Origin: Octopus bimaculoides
Lineage: Eukaryota
Direction: 5' to 3'
Length of the DNA: 60,827 nt
Assembly (NCBI RefSeq): GCF_001194135.2
Contig: NC_068986.1
Location: forward strand, 87,402,539-87,463,365
How positions within the stretch are numbered: the stretch's first letter is position 1; every line of letters begins with the position of its first letter. The notes beneath the pieces were generated by a model. It saw only the letters and a list, made by a program, of their open reading frames with translations. It did no database searches and was not told the DNA's origin. The translations under genes and the position numbers were made by a program. Of the stretch, positions 1-13,253 are shown one piece after another.

Positions 1-172
1 CATATATATATACATGTATATATACATATATATATACATGTATATATACATATATATATACATGTATATATACATATATATATATATGTATATATACATA
101 TATATATACATGTATATATACATATATATATATGTATATATACATATATATATATATGTATATATACATACA
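1..172. repeat. AT-rich minisatellite (catatatatatacatgtatatata-like units)
   Basis: Visible directly in the sequence; it produces the MYIYIY ORFs. Confidence 0.9.
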
Positions 173-663
173 CATATATATTATATATATGAATTGTTTT
201 GCCTCATTAGGGACCGAATCGTCAGATGAGGAAAACTGTTGTTATCTTGGGTTATCTCCCTTTTATGAAGTACACTCTATGCTCTCAGTCAGACCTTGGG
301 TTGAACTCATATAGTCCGATACGTGTTCCTTTGTACTTTATACCCTTCACACTGTGCTCACTCTCTCCCTCTTAGCGTCTTTCTTTCCCTTTCTCTCTCT
401 AGCTTTCTTGCCTTAGATGTGAATGTAGTAACTGTAACTGGGTTGCTGATAGTGTATGTGTGTGGAGTGTTTCTGTGCCTTCGTGTCTGTGTGTACTATA
501 ACGTCTCTATGTTGGTCATAGAATGAATTCGGTCATCCCGAAATTGTGTCATTAATGGCAAGTAGCCCACAAAGGGACGTATTGTACTTAGTCAGGTTGG
601 CATCAAATATAATATAGAGATGTATCCGAACACATATCTATCGTATATGGCTGCAATACACAT

Positions 664-707
<44 letters not shown>

Positions 708-1074
708 TTTCGTGTGTGTGTGCCGTTTCTTGAGTTTTGAACTAGTCATCGCTGTGCTGCCGCGAAGCGCTGGGCTTTTGGCACTTTTAGACCTAACGGA
801 GACAATTTCATTCGGTTGTGTATATATATATATATATATATATATACACAACCGAATTCTTCTTAAGTGAAAGGAAGAAAGATAGACAGAATGAGCACCA
901 GTGAAGGAGAAGTAGCATCGATCTCTTTACAGGAATGGTACTTTATTTATCGGTTCTGAAAAATGAAATGGGTTTTGAACTCAGAGCGTATAGTCGAAGC
1001 AAATACTGGAAAACAATCTATTTAATATATACATATGTGTATGTACACACGCATATATTATTTTTCTTCATAGT

Positions 1075-1220
1075 TTTCTTATTATTATTATTCTCAGTTT
1101 AAATCCCGTCCAGGTACCTGGGTTTCTTTCGTTTGAGATCGACAAAATAAAGTATAAGCCTAGAATCGCGTCACTGTATCGACTAACTCAAAATTGCTTG
1201 TTTTGTGCCTAAATCAGACA
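1075..1220 (+). mobile_element. Highly degenerate SINE family A copy
   Basis: gatcgacaaaataaagta...cgactaactcaaaattgcttgttttgtgcctaaatcag resembles the family A 3' half. Confidence 0.45.
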
Positions 1221-1285
1221 CAATTATTATCATCGTCATCATTATATTATTATTATTATTATTATTATTACTATTATCATTATGA

Positions 1286-1466
1286 AGGCGGAGTGCAGGC
1301 AGAATCGTTAGTGCCCCGGACGAAATGCTTAGCGGTATTTTGCCTGTCGGTTGACTAACTTTCATCCTTTCGGGGTCGATAAATTAAGTATCAGTCAAGT
1401 ACTAGGGTCAATGTGATCGACTGTCCCCCTCTCCACAAAATTCCAAGCCTTGTGCCTATAACAGAA
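1286..1466 (+). mobile_element. tRNA-headed SINE family A, near full length, (ATT)n on both sides
   Basis: It carries the family motifs ggcagaatcgttag...gaaatgcttagcggtattt...tttcatcctttcggggtcgataaattaagta...ttgtgcctata, which recur many times in the window. Confidence 0.85.
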
Positions 1467-1910
1467 ATTATTATTATTATTATTATTATTATTATCATCA
1501 TTATTATTATTGCTATTATACCACTTAGTTGTTTCGTTGAATTGGCGATACAATGTACGCTGAATCCGCCTTCCTTATGGCAATAAAAAAAAAAGGTTTA
1601 AGTGTTACAATGAGGGTGAATGTTATCAACTATTTTAAATAAACCCCTAATGCCACTTTCACCACCACCTCTTCCTCCACCAGCACCACTATCATCATCA
1701 TCATCATCATCATTTCTATCATCATGAAAAGCACAGCAGAGAGAGATTTCAACGACAGCAATGTATATTATTAAACGAATGCATTGACACAGTCACACTA
1801 TCGGTACCTGTAATTTAAACAACAAATTTTCAAGGGGAATGGTGAATAAAAACAAATCACACACACACACGCACGAATGTATGTACAAATATATCTGTAT
1901 AAATAGAAAA

Positions 1911-2242
1911 ACACGGCTTCGTCGGTCACGAATGACCATGGGGGTGCACCTAAGCGGTTTCCCTCCGGGGTCCAAGTCACACCGGTGAACACACAATCCG
2001 GGGTTGTCTTTATGGGAAGACCAGCAGTCGCCCATGCATACCAGCTTCCCCTCTCCACGCTGCCGATGTTATTCAAGGGAAAAGTAAAAGCTGATACAGC
2101 TTGGCACCAGTGACGTCACAACTCAGTTCTACAGCTGAGTAAACTGTAGCAACGTGAAATAGTGTCTTGCTCAAGAACACAACACGCAGTCCGGCCCGGG
2201 AATCGAACTCACAACCCCATGATCGACACTAACCACTGAGCC
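1911..2242 (-). mobile_element. tRNA-headed, CORE-like SINE (head type 1 + body X)
   Basis: The minus strand has an A-box-like ggctcagtggttag, a B-box gagttcgattccc, then gttgtgttcttgagcaagacactatttcac (CORE-like) and a further ~200-nt body. Confidence 0.75.
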
Positions 2243-2308
2243 ATGTGCCTTCACGTATACACACATACACATACATATATATATTTAAATATATTCATAT
2301 ACATACAT

Positions 2309-2345
<37 letters not shown>

Positions 2346-2374
<29 letters not shown>

Positions 2375-2417
2375 TGTATGTATGTATGTATGTATGTATG
2401 TATGTATGTATGTATGT
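2346..2417. repeat. (GTAT)n tetranucleotide microsatellite
   Basis: Visible directly in the sequence. Confidence 0.95.
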
Positions 2418-2513
2418 ATACACATACATAGAACTGAAACTATCAAATAAGCAAAGCAAAGAAGTTTGTTTTGCCGTGTTGTGTGCAGTAGACAACAGTC
2501 TGGTCCGCCAGCC

Positions 2514-2571
<58 letters not shown>

Positions 2572-3039
2572 NNNNNNNNNNNNNNNNNNNNNNNNNNNNN
2601 NNNNNNNNNNNNNNNNNNNNNNNNNNNNNNNNNNNNNNNNNNNNNNNNNNNNNNNNNNNNNNNNNNNNNNNNNNNNNNNNNNNNNNNNNNNNNNNNNNNN
2701 NNNNNNNNNNNNNNNNNNNTATATCAGGCCGTAGACCTAGGATAACAAAAATGAAAAAATAAATAAATAAATAAATAAAAACAAATAAATAAATAAAACA
2801 ATTTTTTTGAAATTGATCGTTCCATCTGCCAGCAATCCGTCAGCTTTGTGTATGACAGACAGTATTATCCAGTATATATTTCTTTATTGATGACGCCACC
2901 TAGTGATTCGAAGAAGACTTAACTGCTATTTCTGGCTGGTTTTATATGTTCCCCAGTTTGACGACAGCGTACGATCCCGTATATCCACCAGTCCGTGTGT
3001 GTTCGTATTAATAGACCGACTGACAAACAGACAAAACGA

Positions 3040-3106
3040 TCGACCGATCGATCGATCGAACGATAGATAGACAGACAGACAGACAGACAGAGATAGAGAA
3101 TTAGAA

Positions 3107-3138
<32 letters not shown>

Positions 3139-3183
3139 GAGAATTACAAATAGATAGATAGAAATGATAGATAGATAAGAGAA

Positions 3184-3258
<75 letters not shown>
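3040..3258. repeat. Compound GATC/GACA/GA/GATA microsatellite
   Basis: Visible directly in the sequence. Confidence 0.95.
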
Positions 3259-3259
<1 letters not shown>

Positions 3260-3615
3260 CATTTACCACAAGCGACAATAGGTGATGGCACAGAAATCTA
3301 CAGAGAAAACCAGGCTACCAATCATATTTCGGTGGGTGTGGAATTGCTGAGATGGAAATGGATATAATCGAAGCATTGCTGTAATATTGGTTAAGTGTCT
3401 GCCTGCGTGATGATATAATACGGTTGGCTTTAGTGGACAGTCGCTCTATTTGAAACCCCACACAGATAATCTTTCTAAATATGACTGATGATGACTGATT
3501 TAAAAGGGCAGAGGAAAATATGAGACCAGAAATGCATGCACACACACACACACACTACATTAACGTGAATGGCTTAATTGTACCGCGTCGAGCGCATTTA
3601 AAATGTGTGTGTGCA

Positions 3616-3671
<56 letters not shown>

Positions 3672-3684
3672 TATAAACAATATA

Positions 3685-3726
<42 letters not shown>

Positions 3727-3771
3727 TACATATGTACACATACACATATATATACATATGTATGCATACGC

Positions 3772-3804
<33 letters not shown>

Positions 3805-4071
3805 GTTGTGTATCTATATTGGTCAACACAATAGCGTCTATACGCGCTTATCATCGTATACTTGATGTAGGGCTAGGTGTGTGTGTGCGTAAGTGTGCAC
3901 GTATGTGTGCAAACAGGTGGCAGCAGAGTGCATAGCAACATGCACATCCGTCAGACCGCTTTCATTTCACATCGCTACTAACACCATCATTATACGAACA
4001 CCAACGACACCGCCGCCGCCACAACCACCACTGCCACCACCATCACTAGTAAACGGCAGCTGCTGTGCCGT

Positions 4072-4116
<45 letters not shown>

Positions 4117-4448
4117 GGAGAGAGAGAGATAGAGAGAGAGAGAGAGAAAGAGAGAGAAAGAAACAATGTGGGTAGGACTTACTGCTGGGTCGGCTGAGTT
4201 CCATGTAACGATGACAGGACTTCAGTAGTAACGTCCGAATAGTTTGAAGAGGTAATACAACGTCGTTAGCTATAACTGCATATACACTCAAACTTGCATA
4301 TATACACACTCACACACAGACGCATATAAAGGAAACGGCCATCGCACACATACACCGATAGAAAGTGTTAGTGAGAGAAAGGGAGAGAGAGAGAGAGAAG
4401 ATCTAGGCTGATGTATAAATATTGCTTAGTGCATTAATGTCTGTGTAA

Positions 4449-4452
4449 GTGT

Positions 4453-4543
<91 letters not shown>
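4449..4543. repeat. (TG)n microsatellite, ~95 bp
   Basis: Visible directly in the sequence. Confidence 0.95.
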
Positions 4544-4547
<4 letters not shown>

Positions 4548-4619
4548 TGTTTGTGTGGTGGAGTTTTAATTTCCATTTTTACTGGATAATTATTATGGTA
4601 AGCGCACGAGAGAAGTGCC

Positions 4620-4657
4620 CATCACCACTCCCACTACAACAACAGCGACTACTAATT

Positions 4658-4690
<33 letters not shown>

Positions 4691-5210
4691 AGAGTACCAT
4701 CACCGCTACCACCGTCGTTGCTTCTACTATTACTGTAATCTACACCTCCAATACCAACATCACTACTACTACCACCACCACCACCTCCGTCGCTACTAGT
4801 CCATCAATCACTCTTGTATCGAACTACCACTTTACTATGACTACCATTACCCTAGTACTAACAGTAGTAGCAGTAGTAGTAATAGTAGTGGTAGAAGCAG
4901 CAGCAATTTAGCTCTAGGTTAACTGCGATCAAAGACTACTTCCGACCGTGACCATCATCCCGACTTTCCTTGTATCCATCCACATAATTCACCATGTTTT
5001 TTTTGTTGTTTTTTTGCCTTGGAATGTGACGCGAAGATGTGGCTACTGTTCATACTACGTAGAGCGTATATGGACTACTACTACTGCTGCTGCTGCTACT
5101 ACTACTACTACTACTACTACTACAACTACTACCACTACTACTACTACTACAACAACTACTACCACTACTACTACTACTTTTCATTTAGTCACCATCACCA
5201 CCATCATCAA
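4620..5210. repeat. Degenerate (CTA/CCA/CAA)n trinucleotide low-complexity region
   Basis: Visible directly in the sequence; it explains the poly-Thr, poly-Tyr and poly-Leu ORFs. Confidence 0.85.
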
Positions 5211-5699
5211 ATCCACTCAGCAACAATTAACACCGACCTCCTATTTAGACACTACTCCATCCACCTCTCTCTCTCTCTCTCTCACTCTCTCTCTTTCTCT
5301 CTTTCGTTTATTTTTTTTATCTCAACCTTAATTTCTTTTTTTTTTCTTCAAACTCCACCATCTCCAGCCTCAACCCCATTATCATCACCACCATTGTATA
5401 CATTGAAAACGTTTTATTTGATCATCGTAACTCAGAGAAACGTTCCCCTTTCCTCACTGCATGTGTGGGGTGGAATTTCATGATTCCACAGGGAACTTTG
5501 GGTATTCTGGAGGTAGGGGCATCATTCCTTTCAGGATTGCAAAATATCCGCATCGGGATTCACACTGTTCTGTTTTCTTTCTTTATCTTTGTCTTTTATC
5601 TTTTACTTGCTTCAGATAGTAGACTGGGGCCATGCTATAGCAACACGTTGGAGAATTTTAGTCGAATGAATCCACCTCAGCACCCTATTATTTACTTTT

Positions 5700-5942
5700 T
5701 AAGGCGGGTACTTATTCTATCAGGTACTTTTGCTCAACTGCTAGGTCACTGAGACCTAAACACACCAACACCCGTTCTCAAGCCTTGGTGGGGGACATAC
5801 ATACACAAACTCACACACACACACACACACACACATGTATATACATATATACGATAGGCTATAGTAAAAGATACTTGTCTAAGGTGCTACGCAGTGGGAC
5901 TGAACCCAGAACTATGTGCTACACAGCCACTCCTGCGCCTTA
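5700..5942 (-). mobile_element. SINE family B, internally deleted
   Basis: gcagtgggactgaacccagaac...cacagccactcctgcgcct matches the head of the 35814-36172 copy. Confidence 0.75.
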
Positions 5943-6249
5943 TTTCTTCCTTTTTTTCATTTTTTGATAGATTAATTTTCATTGGTGTTTATTTGAATTA
6001 TATAAATGTTAACGGCGAACCTAAAAGCTTGATGAGACTTTACAAGGAACAATATCCTGATCATGCAGCGTAATTCACGTGGTTTAAGTCTGGTCGAACC
6101 AGCCCGCTCCAAGTTAAGAACATAGATTATTTTTTCTAGAGAGAGAGAAGGGAGAGAGAAGGAGAGAAAGAGAGAGAGAGGAGAAAAAGAAAGAGAGCAA
6201 CAACAAAAACTAACATTGGTATTAGTCATTTATATATCAACCATAAATA

Positions 6250-6330
6250 TCTGAGAGTCAAAGATGACTTCGGCTGTATTTGAACTCAAAGAACCGCGAC
6301 TAATGCAAGTGATTCTAACGACTTTGTTAT
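6250..6330 (-). mobile_element. SINE family A fragment
   Basis: caaagatgacttcggctgtatttgaactc contains the reverse complement of the family A B-box region. Confidence 0.45.
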
Positions 6331-6759
6331 CTTGCTAATATAAAACTATTATTGTAATTTTTTGAAAACTATTGTGTATACTAGACTAGTTTCTTTTTCA
6401 GTGTATATAGTATGATCTGAAATATGATCTGTATATCAGTGAACTCTAAACAGTCGCAGCCTCGCTGAATGATTAAATCGACTCCGTACTGAAGAGATCC
6501 TAGGATCGATACCAGTTCGTGTAATGAGTGGGTGATTAAGGAAAAACGAAAAGATTATAAACCACTGACATATATGAAGATACTAAAGTTTCAGTGATAT
6601 AGTATTTGTTATCGCAAGGGATCAGAAGAACTACAAGTTACAGTAAACATCTACTAACATATAATGCTGATGTTGATACTGTTGTTTCGCCCTAGTTCAA
6701 CACTATTTGAGTTGATACATACACACAATGCTCTTAAGCAATTTTCCCTCTGTCTTTGT

Positions 6760-7232
6760 GCATCAATTATGAGATTATGCAAAGTATGTTGTTATATATA
6801 GCTTGTAATTTGATGGAGATTTGGCTACCATTTCTAGATTTCACTCCAAGAGAAACGAGTCAGCTACAGCTAATGAAGGAACTCCATACATTGTGCCAAC
6901 TACCAACGATAAGCGTTAAAGCCAAGATTCCGCCTAAGGCCTCAAAGCAACGGTCCGGGGTTGTCCAAATCACAAAGCCATCAATATGTAGACAATGTTA
7001 GTAGTCAACTGAACACAAAGCAATAATAAAATTGATATTTATTATATAGATACTGGACATTGGAATGGCAAAAGCTATTCGCAATCGACTTGCCCTGAGA
7101 GTATCAAATTCCTTCTTGGGGGTTGTTTGACTACTGACCGAAAGATTTTACTAGACACCAACATGCAGGCCAGATCAGGAACTATTGAAGAATACTTGCA
7201 GTTGCACATGCACGGAAGTTCCGCTCACATCA
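6760..7232 (+). mobile_element. Decayed DNA-transposase C-terminal fragment resembling Academ (XPG/Cys-cluster type) proteins
   Basis: Pieces across frames occur in the expected order: ANE/ELHTLC, KIPPKASKQ, VRGCPNHKA, SICRQC, GHW, QKLFAIDL, CPESIKFLLGGC, KNTCSCTCT. They resemble the remembered motif string VNEARY.LFC...LPP...AL.QH..RANYQA.IWR.C...GHGW...KLAIDW...APE.VL.LL.C.C...C.C. This was aligned by eye only. Confidence 0.5.
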
Positions 7233-7291
7233 GTGGTATTTATGCAAAAGAAATGTCGGCGATTTGGGCCGATATAACTTGATAACTGTGT

Positions 7292-7400
7292 CTTACTCAA
7301 TCGACCCCGAAAGGATGAATGGCAAAGGATTGAAAGACGGGGGAAATGCCACCAAGCATTTGCTCAATGTGCTAACAATTCTGCCAACGCGTCGCCTTCT
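7292..7400 (-). mobile_element. SINE family A, deleted copy
   Basis: tcgaccccgaaaggatgaa...ccaagcatttgctcaatgtgctaacaattctgcca. Confidence 0.75.
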
Positions 7401-7424
7401 TTAGTAACCATAATATTAGTTTTA

Positions 7425-7640
7425 AATTTTGGCACAAGGTCAGCAATTTCGGGCGGTGGGGGGAGGTAAAAGTTGATGACATCAGCACCAGTGCTCAACT
7501 GGTGCTTATTTTGTTGATCCCGAAAGGATGAAAGGCCAGAGTCGATCCAGATGAAATTTGAACTCGGAACGTAATGACGGATGACATGTCGCCAAGCATT
7601 TTTCACTATGTGCTAACGATTTTTCCACCTTCCCACCTTG
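7425..7640 (-). mobile_element. SINE family A, full-length diverged copy
   Basis: ttttggcacaagg...gtgctcaactggtgcttatttt...cccgaaaggatgaaagg...tttgaactcggaacgta...gtgctaacgat. Confidence 0.8.
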
Positions 7641-8070
7641 ATATAAAGCCATAATATCAACAATTAAAAAAGCCAAAATGATGGCAATAGTGATGATGAT
7701 GATGATGATGATAGTGATGATGATAAAGACGCGTTTTGATACGATTAAAAGTTTTTTTCAGTTATAGCTAATGCGAAACCAAGACTAACCTGAGACTAAA
7801 CAGTAACAATAACCACAAAAACACCATTGGCATGTTCTCTACATGTCTTTTATCCTCACAGCCTGATCATAAAAGAGAACATGCGATAGAGGATATCTAT
7901 TGCAATATTCCAAAAGAATGTATAGAACTGTTATAGAATTTCATGCTTAAACAAGTTACTTTCTGATATTTTGCTCTATCAATGGTACGTCTTTCATTGT
8001 TGATGCTGGAAAACCGCTTAAAACTAACCGTATTCCATAGATGCATAGATAAGAGCATGGTCATTATAAC

Positions 8071-8105
<35 letters not shown>

Positions 8106-8965
8106 GCGTAAATTCTTTCCAACGCCTATTATGCATTTGTACATCTTGTATTTGGTATTTCAATGGTTAAACGCGCCTGTTTGTATGTGTGTCTGCATTA
8201 TGAAGACTTTAAATTCTAACCATATATTGATATGATATGAATTCTGTAGAATTCTTCGTATAATTCTTATCTTTTCGGCAAAGACAAGAATATGCGTTCA
8301 CCAGCAGAATTCCTAGAGCATTTGTCATTTAACTTACACAACAGGCCACGTTAACAAGGTATATTGAATTGGTTAAGAAGAAAAAAAGATAGACAGACAG
8401 AGATAAAGAGAGGGGGTTTGTCAGATGTAAGGAGATACATCTAAAAAGATAAAGCGTGATAGAATGAAAGTGAGAGATTGATATGAATAACGCAAATCTC
8501 TGACTAATATCACATATCGGTATAAACACCCACACATGCACAATATCTATATCTATTATCAAGGCTAGCGTGATGTGAATATATACATACATACATACAT
8601 ATATCTATACGCATATATATATATCTATATATATATATATATATATATNNNNNNNNNNTATGATTGTGTGTGTGTGTGTGTGTGTGTGTGTATTTATGCA
8701 CACGCACACACATATTTATATAGATAGGTGCGCTCAGACAATCATATGATTGTGCGCATGTGCACATGAAAATATGGATACAAAGAACTCATAAAACTCA
8801 GAATTGGTCACGTTCTTTGCCGATATGTCAACTGTTATACCAATTTTTTTGCTACTGTCATTTCTATTCGGAACACATGTGTGTGTGAGTGTGTGTGGCT
8901 GCTAATACGTAGAAGCATCCACATATATGTGTGTGCGTGTATATATATATATATATATATATATA

Positions 8966-9863
8966 TGCGTATATATATATATGCGTATATATATATGCGT
9001 ATATATATATATGCGTATATATATATATATGCGTATATATATATATANNNNNNNNNNNNNNNNNNNNNNNNNNNNNNNNNNNNNNNNNNNNNNNNNNNNN
9101 NNNNNNNNNNNNNNNNNNNNNNNNNNNNNNNNNNNNNNNNNNNNNNNNNNNNNNNNNNNNNNNNNNNNNNNNNNNNNNNNNNNNNNNNNNNNNNNNNNNN
9201 NNNNNNNNNNNNNNNNNNNNNNNNNNNNNNNNNNNNNNNNNNNNNNNNNNNNNNNNNNNNNNNNNNNNNNNNNNNNNNNNNNNNNNNNNNNNNNNNNNNN
9301 NNNNNNNNNNNNNNNNNNNNNNNNNNNNNNNNNNNNNNNNNNNNNNNNNNNNNNNNNNNNNNNNNNNNNNNNNNNNNNNNNNNNNNNNNNNNNNNNNNNN
9401 NNNNNNNNNNNNNNNNNNNNNNNNNNNNNNNNNNNNNNNNNNNNNNNNNNNNNNNNNNNNNNNNNNNNNNNNNNNNNNNNNNNNNNNNNNNNNNNNNNNN
9501 NNNNNNNNNNNNNNNNNNNNNNNNNNNNNNNNNNNNNNNNNNNNNNNNNNNNNNNNNNNNNNNNNNNNNNNNNNNNNNNNNNNNNNNNNNNNNNNNNNNN
9601 NNNNNNNNNNNNNNNNNNNNNNNNNNNNNNNNNNNNNNNNNNNNNNNNNNNNNNNNNNNNNNNNNNNNNNNNNNNNNNNNNNNNNNNNNNNNNNNNNNNN
9701 NNNNNNNNNNNNNNNNNNNNNNNNNNNNNNNNNNNNNNNNNNNNNNNNNNNNNNNNNNNNNNNNNNNNNNNNNNNNNNNNNNNNNNNNNNNNNNNNNNNN
9801 NNNNNNNNNNNNNNNNNNNNNNNNNNNNNNNNNNNNNNNNNNNNNNNNTATATATATATATGC

Positions 9864-9865
<2 letters not shown>
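8966..9865. repeat. (TA)nTGCG-type minisatellite spanning an N-gap
   Basis: tatatatatatgcg units occur on both sides of the gap. Confidence 0.8.
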
Positions 9866-9896
<31 letters not shown>

Positions 9897-10144
9897 AACA
9901 CACATATACAAAGCATATATATACATACACACACACACGCCTATGTGTGCTCCCTTTTTCTAGGTGTGTGTGTTTGTGGCATAGTGATTGTGTAGACGGA
10001 AACGGAAGTAGGTGGCTACGTTGGCAATTATATCATATATATTTTGCTAGCCATACATTCCAGAACAGTTTTGCCGTCATCACCATCAACACCGCCATTT
10101 ATGTAACAATATACTCATGAACGAAATCTGTAGATAGCACGAAC

Positions 10145-10177
<33 letters not shown>

Positions 10178-11346
10178 GTAATCATTAATATTCGTGTCTA
10201 TATTCCTGTAGCTACATTGATATTATAAATATATGTTTATGTACACACGTATATTTGTGTATGTGTGCATATATATTTATGTACATTAATATGAACCTAT
10301 ATATCTACATATACATAAGCAATACATGTACATATATATTCATAGGTGCACACACACATATATATTCGCAAATAAGCATATATTTATATACACGCACATA
10401 TATATATAATTGCATAGGCATGTCTCTGTATGATGTGAATACATATTTTTTTTAAGTATAGATAAAACCTATGGTAAAATGTGTTGACTAAATATTTAAC
10501 TTGATATGGCTCCGATAATTTAGGTTATAGAGCGCATTGGGTATTTTTGAAGTGATGTCCTTAACTACCAGTGTTTATTTAACAGTCTCAACCATACCAT
10601 TCAGTATTACTTTGGCCATGTCCTGTTGCGGATTACTGAATAGAAAATACGAACAACCAACGAATAAAATCTCAGAATATGACTAAACTATACTCACTGC
10701 ATGTTCAATAAGAGTGCCGCAACGGGATCATACGGCAGGCTAGGTCTAACAATCAGGAATATTACCTTAGTGTTTTTGATAAAAGATGGGCACAACGAAT
10801 AATGTAGTCTAAAATATAACTTCAAAGAAAGGATAGTTTAAAAGTGGATAATACAAAATACGCAATGATCAGCACTGGACGTATTTTGATTATATGTACC
10901 TCATCAGGATCGAGAGTGGGTGTATATAGTAACTACTACTTGCGGCCTCGTAAGCTCGAAAGGCTGTTATTGTGAGGTTAGTCTATTTATTATGTATTCC
11001 ACTTATGATCCTACAGTTGGCTACTGTTTTGCTTTCAGCCAATATATCCTATATATGATAAGTTCTTCAGGCAAAATATAATTAACCATATATCACTGGA
11101 ATTAGAGATGGGTCTTCTCTGCTGTCATTGAGTCTGTTAGAGACACCAACCAATCACACACAAATTAAGCTTTATCGTCTTCGAGGAAAGCGGAAGAAAA
11201 GCACATTGAACTGTATAGTCTTAATGTAGGATAGGCCTGAAAAGAAGGTGTGGAGGTTATGGCTGAAACGCCGTCGATAATAGGTCTTCTGGATTAGAGA
11301 TGGCCTGGGGTCCAACTCTTGTTACCTCCACCACCGCCGACACCAT

Positions 11347-11385
<39 letters not shown>

Positions 11386-12030
11386 ACACTGGATTTTGGC
11401 AATGAGTCTGTGATAATAATAGCCAGTTATTTCTCAAGACAATGCATACTGTTTGAATTTCCCAGGAAAATAATGTTTGAATTCATTTTAAGAGAGGGGG
11501 GAAAAAATTACCCAGAGGTCAACATCTAAGCATTTGTTTTTTGTCTTTTTTTTCTTTTTGTTTCTTCCATCCTCCATTATTTATTTTGATATTATTTATC
11601 ACTGTTTCAAATCTCCACCGCAGAGCGACAAAACAAACAGAAAAAAAAAAGCATGAAAAAGTAAGTAATAAAACAAATAAGGTAAAAAGAGGACAAAAAT
11701 ATATAAAATTATAGAATCTAAACCTACAGCCAGAGAATTCCCTACTCACTCCTCATTCTATCTACCCAGCATTTACCGAATACAAATAAATAAAGGGATA
11801 TAATAAAATAAAAGAATATTGACGTCAATTAATGGAATTACATAAAACAATTGAAAGAACAGGAATTAGTGTAATTCCTCCGCTATTTATCATCATCATC
11901 GCCACCAAGAATATCGTAATCCGTACACGCACACACACATACACACACATACACACACGAGATCAAAGACCAAAAGCAACAGAAGGAATTCTAATATCAA
12001 CACAAACCCAACATCAGAATCTCTTCCACG

Positions 12031-12070
<40 letters not shown>

Positions 12071-12667
12071 GAGACGATGATGTGGCAAGAACTACAACAC
12101 GAGAACAAAAATAAAAAAATAAAAGACCAGATATTACCCAAGTGTATTCCGACATTTAAACTGTTGACTAAATAACAGTTATGGGCCTCATTTCTGAAAA
12201 GCGGAAATCCCTATGATCTTCTGTGATTACCGATTCCACAGTCTATGCAAAACAGTGAGAAGGACGAAGGGTGGGGTAGGAGATGGAGAAGAGGAGGAGG
12301 AGGAGAAGGAGGAGAGTGGGGCTAGAAGCTTAATAGCAGAATAACAATGGCCGGGGTTTAGATATTCGGCTGTGATGTCGGATATACGGAAAAGTAGGGA
12401 GGTTGGGTTCGGAGGCCGATGGTTAGGGGAGTTTGGTAGGAAAGTGTTGGGAAACTAAATCGAAATGAAAGCATTGTAATAAAATGCAGTGTCTCACGGA
12501 CGGTGTGTAATAGAACAGAAGAGGTTGGAGAGAGGAGAATGGCAGTGGGAAAGCACTTGGATTACGACTATATGCATGTGCCCGTATGTGCGTATATACA
12601 TGTATTATATGCATATATGCGTGTGTGTATATATACATGTGTGTGTATGTATGTATATGCATAGATA

Positions 12668-12725
<58 letters not shown>

Positions 12726-13189
12726 CAGACAGACAGATATATATATATATATATAATAGTACAAAATGAAAAGAAAAACACAGACGAGGTGAAAAGGACA
12801 AGCATGATGTATAAGAATTACACTCAGGAAAATTATAAGTTTTTAACGATTCGGGCATACGCTCTTCTACAGAAATACATGCACGCGCACAGGCGCGCGC
12901 ATACACACATATATATACATATAACTATGTGCATCCATAAAAGTGAACATGTGGGATTTTATAAAAAGAGATGAAAATGCACTTTACCCAAATACACCCA
13001 AACAAATATACATAATTATACTTTCACCGATATACACACATGTAGGGAGTTATATATGTGTATAAAAATTGTGCATATGTGTGTAAATCCTAAATGCTGT
13101 GTGTGTGTGTGTGTGGCGTATTTGCTATTGTGAATTGTCCCACACCCAGTCACATACACAACCTTATAATCTGACCTTTGTGTGTGTGT

Positions 13190-13253
<64 letters not shown>

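Noticed and set aside
4615-5483. Thr-rich mucin-like and poly-Tyr ORFs
   Set aside because: All frames are explained by (CTA/CCA)n slippage repeats; there is no domain or splice support.
8835-10120. Long ORFs of 170-400 aa in the track, here and at other gaps
   Set aside because: They consist of X residues from N-gaps plus YIYI/CVCV microsatellite translations.
10614-10736. Imperfect inverted repeat (tcctgttgcgg / ccgcaacggga) as a pre-miRNA or MITE
   Set aside because: The stem is only about 11-16 bp with an ~85-nt AT-rich spacer, and no TSD is evident.
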